Made by a program: the position numbers and the translations under genes | Notes under the pieces: generated by a model | Seen by the model: only the letters and a program-made list of their open reading frames with translations | What the model was told of the DNA's origin: nothing | Databases searched by the model: none | Shown here: one piece after another, positions 31,395 through 39,847 of the stretch | Layout: each line of letters begins with the position of its first letter | How positions within the stretch are numbered: position 1 is the stretch's first letter | Assembly: GCA_947624065.1 (NCBI GenBank) | Contig: CANQIO010000001.1 | Span: forward strand, 7,659-71,658 | DNA from: an uncultured Oscillospiraceae bacterium | GTDB lineage: Bacteria; Bacillota; Clostridia; Oscillospirales; Oscillospiraceae | Length of the DNA: 64,000 nucleotides | Reading direction: 5' to 3'

Positions 31395-34298
31395 TCACAG
31401 GACGATCCTGACCGTGTGCTCCCCTCCGTCCACGGGTCTGGGGATCACCGGGCCCACGGTCTTGCCGTCCAGGGTATACGCGCTCGTCTCCCCCGCCCGG
31501 AAGCGGTCCGGCCCGCCGGCGATCTCCACCCGGACCGTGCCGTCCGCCAGGCGCAGCGTGTAGGCCATCCGCTCCCGGCCCGCCGGCAGCACCGGTGCGA
31601 AGCGCAGCGCGTCCGCGCGCACATCCACGCCCAAAAATTCATACACGGCCAGGCTCAGCCAGGACGCCGTGCCGGAGAGCATGGGGCCGATGTTCTCCCC
31701 CGTCTCGCTGTTGTTGTACTGGGTGCAGAAACGGGGATTGCCCTTCAAAACGAAGGGGTCGTCCAGCGTCCTGTAGGGAACTGTGCGCCCGATCATGAAG
31801 AACGCCAGCTCCGCCAGCCGCCTGGCCAGCGCCTCGCTCTTCACCGTCTTGGCCGCCTGCAGGGACGCCACCGTGGCCATCATGGCCGCGTGCTTGAACA
31901 CGCCGCCGTTCTCCCGGTCTCCGGGGAAATAAAGCGCCGTGCCGGTGTCCACGCCCAGCAGGTCGTAGTTGACCAAAGTGCACAGCCGCAGCCCCGCGTC
32001 GGTCTTGAGATAGGCCTCCACCGCGTCCAGCATGGAGCCGATCTGTTCCTCTGTGGCCACCTTGGCCAGGATGGCCCAGCTGTAGGAGTTGAGATAGTAG
32101 CTGCCGTCGATGGCCGGGTCCAGGCTGAGCCCGTCTCCCGGCGCGCCGAGATAAGTATAGGGCCGGCCGTCGTTGATCAGGCAGCGGGCGAACCAGCCGT
32201 TCTTCCAGGCGTTCGCCTGCATGCTCTCCCCCAGGCGCGCGGACAGGGCCGCGGCCTTTTCGCCATCGGTCTCCCGGCCGATCGCCCCGGCCATCTCCGC
32301 CGCCTCGTCGGCGGCGATCTTCAAAAGACAGGCGTTCATCACGCTCTCGGACAGGGTGTTCTCCCACCAGGCGCCCCAGCGCTGGCCCTTTTCCTCCATC
32401 TGGCGGCGATAGCGGCGCTCCTTCTCCGGCCCGTCCAGCACCTCGCGGTCCAGCCGCAGGGTGTCATTCCAGTCAGCCTTGTCCAGCAGCGGCAGACCGT
32501 GCACACCCACGGAGATACTGCCGCTGTATTCCAGTATCGCCATGATGGTGTCCCACAGCGGCCGGACCGTGTCCGTGCCCGCCACGGGGAATTTTTCCTC
32601 CAGGAGCCCATAGTCCCCCGTCAGGGTCACATACCGGTACACCGCCTGGACGAGCCACAGCTGGTCGTCCGAGCAGTCCCCCGGCTCCTTGCCCCGGAAG
32701 GTGAAGTTATGGTAGGCATAGCCCATGGCGAACACGTTCCGGACCCAGGTGGCGATGAGTTCCCGGACCAGCGCGCCCTTTCCGTCGGCACAGAGATAGT
32801 ACATGGAAGCGTAGATGTCCTGGATCTCCCGGAAGCCCGTCTCCCGGTATGACTTCTGTGTCCAGGCGAACGCCCGGGACACATAGGTCTGGTAGAGCAC
32901 CTGGAAGGGCAGATTGCGCCGCACATACACGTCCAGGCGATGGTCCCCCGTCTCCGGCTCCAGATAGGCGCCGTAGCGGTCCCAGAACGCCTCCACGCCC
33001 TCCAGCGTCCGCCCCAGGGCCGCGGGATCGGCATACTTGTCCAGCAGATGGGCGAGCTGGCCGTCCAGCAGCCGGGCCGCGTCGCCGTCGGTCTCCAGCA
33101 TGCCCACGAGCTCGTCGATGACCGCCGTCTCCCCTGCCTTGACCGTGAAGGTCTTTCCCATGGCGAAAAACGGCGCCATCTTCCGGCTGTACCGGCTGGG
33201 GAGATGGCCCACCAGCTCCGGCCGCTCCAGCGTGCCCCGCCCGATGAGATCCGGCAGGCTGGTGCAGAATTCGTCAAAGCCCTCGCCGCCGCACAGCAGC
33301 GCCGCGAACCGCTTCTCGCCCTGGCAGCCCTTGGGCTTGTGGTGCAGCGCCATAGCGGCGGGCCGGCCGTCCCGGTAATAGATCTCGCTCTCGGCCACGA
33401 TGTTGGCGTAGACGATGTCGTTGGCCACCGTGTTGGGATCGGCGATGCCGAACATGCCGGTCATGACGATCTTCAGCGTGCGGTCCCGGTCCGTATGGTT
33501 GACGATCTCCACCCGCTGTGCCTCCACCGCCGTGGGCATGTCCGGTTCCTGGGGCAGCAGGAAGATCGTCCGGCGCACTGTCAGAGCGCAGTCCGTCTCA
33601 TAAGTGATGACGCTGCGGTTCTGGCTGTGCAGGCACTGGGCGGACGCCACGTTCTCATTGACGTCAAAGGAGCAGAAGATCTGCCGCCCGTTTTCCACAA
33701 GATAGAACTGCCGGTTGACCGGCTCCCCGTTCTCCTCCGGCCGGAGCGTACACCGGGTGGCCAGCACCTGGGTGCCGCCGGAGGCCCGGAAGGAGCCGCG
33801 GCCAAAGCCGTCCAAAGCGCTCTTGGGTGTGGTACACAGCGGATACGGATAGCCCGCCCGGTCGCCCAGCAGCAGGTTCACCGGGTAGTGCAGGCCCACA
33901 GGATAGGCCTTCAGATCCAGCAGCAGCTCTCCTCTGTCGTTGATCTCGCCGGGACTGGCCAGCACCCGGCGGTAGATATCCAGCACCTCGTCCGCCACGT
34001 CCGCCGGCGCCGGCGCTTCCCCGGAGCCGGTCAGGTGCAGCACCCGCCCGTCCTCCACGCAAAAGGCCTGGTCGCCGGAGAAACCGGCGATATACACGGC
34101 AACCGCCGGCGCGTTCATGAGATAGGCGCATACCGGCGCCTCATAGGGCAGGCCCAGAAAGCCCAGCGCCGCGGAGCGGTCGGCCCGCAGAAATTCCGCG
34201 TCCAGCGCTTTCCCCCCGATCCGCGCGGCAAAGCGCCTGGCGATGACCTCGCCGGCCGTCAGCGTCTGGGTCCTGGCCTGTTCTGCCTGAAAAAACAT
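31395..34298 (-). CDS. GH94-like glycoside phosphorylase (cellobiose/cellodextrin-phosphorylase superfamily), 967 aa, specificity unknown
   Basis: (alpha/alpha)6 catalytic-domain motifs: RETGFREIQD, LPLLDKADWNDTLRLD (catalytic Asp context as in ADWND of cellobiose phosphorylase), DRENGGVFKHAAMM, and MLSGTASWLSLAVYEF. The start at ATG 34298 lies 6 nt after GGAGGG. Confidence 0.8.
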   Translation of the reverse strand: MFFQAEQARTQTLTAGEVIARRFAARIGGKALDAEFLRADRSAALGFLGLPYEAPVCAYLMNAPAVAVYIAGFSGDQAFCVEDGRVLHLTGSGEAPAPADVADEVLDIYRRVLASPGEINDRGELLLDLKAYPVGLHYPVNLLLGDRAGYPYPLCTTPKSALDGFGRGSFRASGGTQVLATRCTLRPEENGEPVNRQFYLVENGRQIFCSFDVNENVASAQCLHSQNRSVITYETDCALTVRRTIFLLPQEPDMPTAVEAQRVEIVNHTDRDRTLKIVMTGMFGIADPNTVANDIVYANIVAESEIYYRDGRPAAMALHHKPKGCQGEKRFAALLCGGEGFDEFCTSLPDLIGRGTLERPELVGHLPSRYSRKMAPFFAMGKTFTVKAGETAVIDELVGMLETDGDAARLLDGQLAHLLDKYADPAALGRTLEGVEAFWDRYGAYLEPETGDHRLDVYVRRNLPFQVLYQTYVSRAFAWTQKSYRETGFREIQDIYASMYYLCADGKGALVRELIATWVRNVFAMGYAYHNFTFRGKEPGDCSDDQLWLVQAVYRYVTLTGDYGLLEEKFPVAGTDTVRPLWDTIMAILEYSGSISVGVHGLPLLDKADWNDTLRLDREVLDGPEKERRYRRQMEEKGQRWGAWWENTLSESVMNACLLKIAADEAAEMAGAIGRETDGEKAAALSARLGESMQANAWKNGWFARCLINDGRPYTYLGAPGDGLSLDPAIDGSYYLNSYSWAILAKVATEEQIGSMLDAVEAYLKTDAGLRLCTLVNYDLLGVDTGTALYFPGDRENGGVFKHAAMMATVASLQAAKTVKSEALARRLAELAFFMIGRTVPYRTLDDPFVLKGNPRFCTQYNNSETGENIGPMLSGTASWLSLAVYEFLGVDVRADALRFAPVLPAGRERMAYTLRLADGTVRVEIAGGPDRFRAGETSAYTLDGKTVGPVIPRPVDGGEHTVRIVL

Positions 34299-34324
34299 CG
34301 CGGTCCCTCCGAAATGAAATGGCA

Positions 34325-35332
34325 TTATTTCTGTGTCAGATCCTTTACGCTCCCGCCGGGATGGACACTCCCCGTGACGGTGATATTCCGCGGCACGAAG
34401 CACTTGGCGTCCTCTATGGCGCTGATGAGCTCCCGGACGGCCTGCTCGCCGATCCCGTGGCAGTTCTGGTCGTGGGTGGCCAGCGTCGGCCGCACCAGAA
34501 AGGCGATATGGCTGCCGTCATAGCCGAAGCAGCTGATGTCCTCCGGCACCCGCAGCCCCTGGCGGGACAGCTCGCCGATGCCGCCCAGACAGGCGGTATC
34601 GTCGGAATAGAGGATACAGGTTGGCAGCTCCCGGCACTGGAGAAGCTGTCTCGTCGCCATGGCGGCCACGTCCGGGTTCTGGTATTTCCCCTCGATCACA
34701 TACTCGTCGGGCACCTGGATGTCCCTGGCGCGGCAGGCCCGGTAAAAGCCCGCCAGACGCTGCCGGGTCACGTCGCCCATCTCGCCGTGGATGAAGGCCA
34801 GCCGCCGGTGGCCCAGGCCATAAAGATAGCTCACGACCTCCTCCAGCCCGCCCAGGTTGTCCCCCGTGACGGAGGACCGGTTGCGATAGATCTGGTCGAT
34901 GGCCACCACCGGCAGATCGCTCTCCGCCAGCTTCAGCGCCTCGGCCATCTCCGCCTCGCTGTAGCCGGGCTGGACGATGAGCACCCCGTCGCACTGCCGG
35001 CGCATGGCGTGCTCATAGTACCCCTGCTCGCCGAGGCCGTTGCTGAGGAACGTGATGTCGTACCCGTACTCCACCGCCGTGTCCCGGATGCCCTCCAGGA
35101 TCGCGGAGAAGTACTCGTTCGCCATCACATTCTGATAAAGGATGCCGATGTTCATGCTCCGATGCGTTTTCAGCGTCTTGGCCGCGGCGTTCGGGTAATA
35201 TCCCAACTCCCGGGCCGTGCGGCGCACGAGCTCCGCCTTTTCCGGGCTGATGCCCTGCCGCCCGTTGAGCGCCTTGGACACGGCGGCGACAGAGACACCG
35301 CAGCGCTCTGAGAGCATCCGCAAAGTCACCAT
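34325..35332 (-). CDS. LacI-family transcriptional repressor
   Basis: MVTLRMLSERCGVSVAAVSKALNG HTH plus a periplasmic-binding-protein-type core. The start at ATG 35332 follows GGAGGA. Confidence 0.9.
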   Translation of the reverse strand: MVTLRMLSERCGVSVAAVSKALNGRQGISPEKAELVRRTARELGYYPNAAAKTLKTHRSMNIGILYQNVMANEYFSAILEGIRDTAVEYGYDITFLSNGLGEQGYYEHAMRRQCDGVLIVQPGYSEAEMAEALKLAESDLPVVAIDQIYRNRSSVTGDNLGGLEEVVSYLYGLGHRRLAFIHGEMGDVTRQRLAGFYRACRARDIQVPDEYVIEGKYQNPDVAAMATRQLLQCRELPTCILYSDDTACLGGIGELSRQGLRVPEDISCFGYDGSHIAFLVRPTLATHDQNCHGIGEQAVRELISAIEDAKCFVPRNITVTGSVHPGGSVKDLTQK

Positions 35333-35361
35333 ATTTGCATCCTCCACTCCCAAAAGGCAAT

Positions 35362-35379
35362 AGAGAAAACGATTTCTCT
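35362..35379. promoter_or_regulatory. Candidate LacI-family operator O1 (AGAGAAAACGATTTCTCT, near-perfect palindrome centred on CG)
   Basis: Read directly. It lies immediately downstream of the predicted -10 of the lacI-operon promoter and 30 nt upstream of the lacI ATG. Confidence 0.5.
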
Positions 35380-35384
35380 CTTAG

Positions 35385-35413
35385 ATTATAGTGAATTTAC
35401 ACGAACACGTCAA
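35385..35413 (-). promoter_or_regulatory. Near-consensus sigma-A promoter of the lacI-led glycan operon (-35 TTGACG, 17 nt, -10 TATAAT)
   Basis: The reverse complement reads TTGACG-tgttcgtgtaaattcac-TATAAT. Confidence 0.6.
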
Positions 35414-35503
35414 TGTTCCATCACCAAACTTTTTAAAATTTGTCAAATTGTATAAATCAATGGAAACTTCTTTGGCAATTGATCCAAATCATCCCGGCTC
35501 CGG

Positions 35504-35532
35504 TTGCATTTTTTTGGAAAATGTTCAATAAT
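35504..35532 (+). promoter_or_regulatory. Putative promoter of the GH95 gene (-35 TTGCAT, 17 nt, -10 AATAAT)
   Basis: TTGCAT at 35504-35509 and AATAAT at 35527-35532. Confidence 0.35.
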
Positions 35533-35570
35533 ACGCCCAAGCAGTTCCCACGCTGGCTGAGGGCCGGCAC

Positions 35571-35584
35571 GAAAACGATTAATC
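35571..35584. promoter_or_regulatory. Candidate operator O2 (GAAAACGATTAATC) sharing the GAAAACGATT core with O1
   Basis: The same 10-nt core as O1, located between the putative GH95 promoter and the GH95 RBS. Confidence 0.35.
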
Positions 35585-35608
35585 TCCTATCGGGAAAGGA
35601 GCAGGTAT

Positions 35609-37822
35609 ATGGACAGAGCGAAGCCATCCCGCAAATTGTGGTACACGGCCCAGGCGGCGGATTGGAACACGGCCCTCCCCCTCGGGGGCGGCTCCCTGGG
35701 CATGATGGTCTTTGGCGGCACGGAGACCGAGCAGCTGCAGCTGAACGAGGAGAGCCTTTGGAGCGGCTATCCCGCCCAGTGGGATGACCCCGCCTGCAAA
35801 GAGCATCTGCCCGAGATCCGCCGGCTGCTGTTCGAGGGCCGCCCCCAACAGGCGGAGGCCCTGTGCAGGAAGTATCAGGTATGCCTCGGCGGCGGCAGCG
35901 ACGACGCCTACTACGGCAGCTATCAGACCGCCGGGACCCTTCTCATCGACAGCCCCGCGCCCGATACGGCCGGGTATGTCCGGGAGCTGGACCTGGATCA
36001 AGGCGCGGCGCAGACCCGCTTTGGCCCGGTCCGGCGGGTGCACACCGTCTCCCACCGGCGGGAGGTGACCGCCAGCCGCATCACCGGCGGCGGGCCCTAT
36101 GCGCTGCGCTTTTCCCGGGAGCAGTGTTCCATTGACTACGCAGGCGATGAGATCATCGTCCGCGGGCAGCAGCAGGGCCCCGGAGCCATGGGCTTCTGCA
36201 CGCTGATCCAGGTGGATACGGACGGCGCCGTCGCTGCCGGGGACGGGTGCCTTACCGTCACCGGAGCAGACGAGTTGGTCATCTGGACCACCACCGCCAC
36301 CACCTACATGCGGCAGGAGGACCCGGAGACCCTCTGCCGGAGCCGGATCGCCGCGGTCCGGTCCATGGGCTTTGACGCCGTGCTGGCGGAGGAGGCCGCC
36401 TGGATGGAAGAGGCCATGGGCCGCTGCACCCTCTCCCTCCCCGCCGATCCGGCGCTGGAAGCGCTGCCCACGGACCGGCGTCTGGAACGGGTGCGCGGCG
36501 GCGCGCTCGATCTCGGCCTTGTCCGGCTGTATTTCGACTATGGCCGATACCTTTTCATCGGCTCTGCCTGGGGGCGGCTGCCAGCCAACCTTCAGGGCGT
36601 CTGGTGCGGGGACATGACCGCCCCCTGGAACGGGGACTACCACATCAACATCAACCTGCAGATGAACTACTGGTTCGTGGACGCGGCAGGACTGGAGGAA
36701 TACGGCGACGCGCTGTACCGGTATATCGCCTTCCTGGCGGAGCACGGCGCCGAGACCGCCCGCGTCATGTACGGCTGCCGGGGCTGGGTGGCCCATGTGC
36801 TGGCCAACCCCTGGGGCTTCACCGCGCCGGGGCAGGACCCGCTGTGGGGCGGCTTTCTCTGCGGCGGGGCATGGTGCTGCCGCCACCTCTATGAGCACTA
36901 CCTCTACACCGGCGACGTGGATTTCCTCCGGCAGTACTGGCCGGTCATCGAGGGCAGCGCCCGGTTCTTCGCGGATCTGCTGACGGAGGACCCCAACACG
37001 GGGTATCTGGTGACCGCCCCCTCCAGCTCGCCGGAAAACAGCTACATCGACCCCGTTTCCGGCCAAAAGACCTCGGTCTGCGCGGGCCCCACCATGGACA
37101 ACGCCATCATCCGGGAGCTGTTCGAGATCACGCTCCGGTGCGGGCAGCTGCTGCATCTTGAGGACGAACTGACCGCCGCGCTCCCGGGGTTTTTGAAGCG
37201 CCTGCCGCCCTATCGGACCGGCGGGGACGGCGGCATCCGGGAGTGGATGGAGGACTATGAGCAGTGGGAGCCGGGTCACCGGCATATCTCCCCTCTCTAC
37301 GGGCTGTATCCCGGCTGGCAGATCACGCCGGACGGGACGCCGGCCCTGGCGGCTGCCGCCCGGAAAACGCTGGAGCGGCGTCTTGCCAACGGCGGCGGAC
37401 ACACTGGCTGGAGCCGGGCCTGGATCATCAACTTCTTCGCCCGCCTGGGGGACGGTCAGGCCGCCGGGGAGCACCTGCAGGCGCTGCTTGCCAAGAGCAC
37501 CCTCCCCAACCTCTTCGATTACCATCCCCCCTTCCAGATCGACGGCAACTTCGGCGGCACGGCGGGCATCCTGGAGATGCTGGTGCAGAGCCACGAGGGC
37601 GTCATCCGGCTGCTGCCGGCCCTGCCGCCGGACTGGCCCGAGGGCTCTCTGGCGGGCGTGCGCGTCCGGGGCGGCTTCATCCTCTGCTTCTCCTGGAAGG
37701 ACGGGCGCGTGACGGAGGGCACGCTCTTCTCCCGGCTGGGCGGCACGGCCCGGCTGCTCGTCAACGGACAGAGCGTCCGCCTGGAGACAGAGCCCGGCCA
37801 GACCTTCCCTCTGCCGGTGTGA
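35609..37822 (+). CDS. Glycoside hydrolase family 95 alpha-L-fucosidase (1,2-alpha-L-fucosidase type)
   Basis: 737 aa. The N-terminus LWYTAQAADWNTALPLGGGSLGMMVFGG...NEESLWSG, the NLQGVWC/NINLQMNYW region and the C-terminal IRLLPALPPDWPEGSLAGVRVRGGF are typical of GH95 (AfcA-like). No signal peptide. Confidence 0.92.
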   Translation: MDRAKPSRKLWYTAQAADWNTALPLGGGSLGMMVFGGTETEQLQLNEESLWSGYPAQWDDPACKEHLPEIRRLLFEGRPQQAEALCRKYQVCLGGGSDDAYYGSYQTAGTLLIDSPAPDTAGYVRELDLDQGAAQTRFGPVRRVHTVSHRREVTASRITGGGPYALRFSREQCSIDYAGDEIIVRGQQQGPGAMGFCTLIQVDTDGAVAAGDGCLTVTGADELVIWTTTATTYMRQEDPETLCRSRIAAVRSMGFDAVLAEEAAWMEEAMGRCTLSLPADPALEALPTDRRLERVRGGALDLGLVRLYFDYGRYLFIGSAWGRLPANLQGVWCGDMTAPWNGDYHININLQMNYWFVDAAGLEEYGDALYRYIAFLAEHGAETARVMYGCRGWVAHVLANPWGFTAPGQDPLWGGFLCGGAWCCRHLYEHYLYTGDVDFLRQYWPVIEGSARFFADLLTEDPNTGYLVTAPSSSPENSYIDPVSGQKTSVCAGPTMDNAIIRELFEITLRCGQLLHLEDELTAALPGFLKRLPPYRTGGDGGIREWMEDYEQWEPGHRHISPLYGLYPGWQITPDGTPALAAAARKTLERRLANGGGHTGWSRAWIINFFARLGDGQAAGEHLQALLAKSTLPNLFDYHPPFQIDGNFGGTAGILEMLVQSHEGVIRLLPALPPDWPEGSLAGVRVRGGFILCFSWKDGRVTEGTLFSRLGGTARLLVNGQSVRLETEPGQTFPLPV

Positions 37823-37893
37823 GAAGGTGTATGAAAAGTAGGACAGCCATCTGGCAGACCACTGTATCAGACGCTTTTGAGGAGACGTTAGAT

Positions 37894-38649
37894 ATGGACG
37901 CCCAAAACGATTTACTAGAAAATTTTGTCACACAAAGTCAAAAAATATTAGGAAATAATCTGATCGGGATCTATCTTCATGGCTCTGCTGCTATGGGATG
38001 CTACAATGAGAATAAAAGTGATATTGATCTGTTAGTTGTAGTAAGGGAGGCTATTCCAAATAGCACAAAACATCGCTTCATGGATATGGTCGTGGAATTC
38101 AATGCATTTGCGCCTCCAAAAGGGATCGAATGCAGCATCGTTAAAAGGCAGGTGTGCGATCCGTTCGTTTATCCGACTCCGTTTGAATTGCACTTTTCTA
38201 TTGCACATTTGCAATGGTATAAAAACGACCCTTTCGATTATATCGCTAAAATGAAGGGGACTGATAAAGATCTGGCCGCTCATTTTACAATGATTCGTCA
38301 CAGGGGAAAATGTCTTTTTGGGGACGACATTAAAGACGTCTTTGGAGCAGTCAGGAAAGAATACTACTTTGACAGCATTTGGAATGATATCAAGGACGCT
38401 GAATCAGAAATAATGGATAACCCCACTTACATTATTCTAAACTTGTGCAGAGTGTTGGCATACAAAAGAGAAGAACTTTTCCTGTCAAAACAGGAAGGCG
38501 GTAAATGGGGAATATGCAATGTCCCGGAAAAGCATCGCCCTTTGATAGTACAAGCGTTGGACGAATATTCAACTGATAAATCAACGCAATGGGACGAAAA
38601 ATGTACCCATGAATTTGCGGCATTTATGATAGCACAGATAAAGAATTAA
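37894..38649 (+). CDS. ANT(3'')/ANT(9)-family aminoglycoside nucleotidyltransferase-like protein (NTase domain plus DUF4111-type C-terminal domain)
   Basis: LIGIYLHGSAAMGCYNENKSDIDLLVVV matches the GS...DxD NTase motif of AadA/Spc (VGVYLFGSAVNGGLRIYSDVDVLVVV from memory). C-terminal NPTYIILNLCRVLAY...VPEKHRPLIVQAL parallels ERNVILTLARMW...LPKEHVTLLDIA. The start at 37894 lies 9 nt after GAGGAG. An alternative ATG at 37831 is in frame. Confidence 0.8.
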   Translation: MDAQNDLLENFVTQSQKILGNNLIGIYLHGSAAMGCYNENKSDIDLLVVVREAIPNSTKHRFMDMVVEFNAFAPPKGIECSIVKRQVCDPFVYPTPFELHFSIAHLQWYKNDPFDYIAKMKGTDKDLAAHFTMIRHRGKCLFGDDIKDVFGAVRKEYYFDSIWNDIKDAESEIMDNPTYIILNLCRVLAYKREELFLSKQEGGKWGICNVPEKHRPLIVQALDEYSTDKSTQWDEKCTHEFAAFMIAQIKN

Positions 38650-38684
38650 ACAACATCCCGTTTTTATGACATAATATAAGCAAA

Positions 38685-38712
38685 GGACGGTATGGCAAAC
38701 GCCATACCGTCC
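38685..38712. repeat. Copy 1 of a perfect palindromic hairpin repeat GGACGGTATGGC-AAAC-GCCATACCGTCC
   Basis: Read directly, 36 nt downstream of the ANT stop. It is identical over 27 nt, with the same loop orientation, to copy 2 at 39848-39874. Confidence 0.9.
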
Positions 38713-38938
38713 CAGTCTGTCAAAGGACTCCCAAATTTGGGGACACCCCAAAAATACAGGTCGTGCTCCCGGCTTGCGCCGAAACCGCACGACATGGTAT
38801 AATGGGGAAAAACAGTATGTATGCGCTGAGGTAAAATGTAAACTGCCGGTTTGCAATTTAAGCTAAAAAAGCAGATAATGGTTGGTGGTTTTTCTCTGTA
38901 CCATGATATATATTGAGGACATGAATAGGAGGCGAAAT

Positions 38939-39676
38939 ATGTATCTAGGACAAAATATCCAGTATCTCAGAAAGCAAAGGAAGATCACGCAGGAGAGATT
39001 TTCGGAACAAGTGGCAGTATCGCGTCAAACGGTTGCAAAATGGGAAGCGGGCGACGCGATCCCAGAATTGGAGAAATTATTGGAAATCTGCGATTTTTTC
39101 TCCTGTAACCTGGACGAACTCGTAAGAAAAAGTCTGCCGGAAAGTGAAAGTATTTATTCCGGAGTAAGAGTTCAGACTGTGAAGCCATTCAAAATGGCGC
39201 GCTATGTGATGATCTCGCCGCAGCCGGAAAATGACGTAAACGCGTATATGGAGCGTTGGGCGGTGGCTTCGGGCTTGTTGGCGTTTGATAAAGGCGCAAA
39301 AAAGATAGGCTGGGATTTTCCATTTGTAACTTTAGAACAGAGAAATCGATTTGGGTTGAACGGCTATGCGGCTGCTTATATTTTGCCGCAAGGGTTTGAA
39401 GCGACCTATCCGGGAGTAGAAATCGCAGAGCAAAAAGAAGCGGATTATGCGGTGATCACCATACGCAAACCATTTGAGAATGCTTTTGAGCGCATTCCGA
39501 ACGCTTATAAAAGAATCATGCAATATTTGGGTGCAAAAGGTTTTAAGGAAAAAGCAGAGGATAATATATTGTCATGCTTCGAGTATGAATATGACAAGGA
39601 GGGAATACCATACATGGACGTGTATGTTTATGTAAATGCAGTAACAGACGGAAGCTTGCACACATATTTTTCATAG
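38939..39676 (+). CDS. XRE-family HTH fused to a GyrI-like (AraC-E-bind/SbmC-type) small-molecule-binding domain
   Basis: N-terminus IQYLRKQRKITQERFSEQVAVSRQTVAKWEAGDAIPE. The C-terminal 160 aa show a GyrI-like duplicated beta-alpha-beta-beta pattern (VRVQTVKPFKMARY..., YAVITIRKPFE...YKRIMQYL...FEYEY). The start at 38939 lies 6 nt after AGGAGG. Confidence 0.75.
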   Translation: MYLGQNIQYLRKQRKITQERFSEQVAVSRQTVAKWEAGDAIPELEKLLEICDFFSCNLDELVRKSLPESESIYSGVRVQTVKPFKMARYVMISPQPENDVNAYMERWAVASGLLAFDKGAKKIGWDFPFVTLEQRNRFGLNGYAAAYILPQGFEATYPGVEIAEQKEADYAVITIRKPFENAFERIPNAYKRIMQYLGAKGFKEKAEDNILSCFEYEYDKEGIPYMDVYVYVNAVTDGSLHTYFS

Positions 39677-39707
39677 CGCAGCCAAAATCGGAATGGAGGA
39701 AGAATTT

Positions 39708-39821
39708 ATGCAGTTGATCAAACAACCATCTTTTGAGACATGCGGACAGGCATGCGTTGCAATGATCTCAGGCAAGGACATAAATGATGTGATCAGAGAA
39801 CGAGCCGCTTTCGCTCCTTGA
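39708..39821 (+). pseudogene. Truncated 5' remnant (37 codons) of a C39-type cysteine peptidase domain gene
   Basis: The translation is MQLIKQPSFETCGQACVAMISGKDINDVIRERAAFAP*. The Q-x5-CGxAC-x-AMI pattern is the catalytic-Cys N-terminus of peptidase C39 domains. The frame stops after 37 codons at the islet edge. The RBS GGAGGA is intact. Confidence 0.5.
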
Positions 39822-39847
39822 AATCGCTTCCCTTTTTGATATACAGA

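Noticed and set aside
37264-38649. A 461-aa ORF that appears to fuse the end of the GH95 region to the nucleotidyltransferase
   Set aside because: The first 190 or so codons are an out-of-frame read through the GC-rich 3' end of the GH95 gene (Pro/Arg/Gly-rich nonsense). Homology, the composition change and an RBS all begin at 37831/37894.
38581-38856. A 91-aa minus-strand ORF in the islet's non-coding spacer
   Set aside because: It has no RBS, is Cys/Leu/Tyr-rich with no motif, overlaps the 3' end of the nucleotidyltransferase gene and runs through the hairpin repeat.
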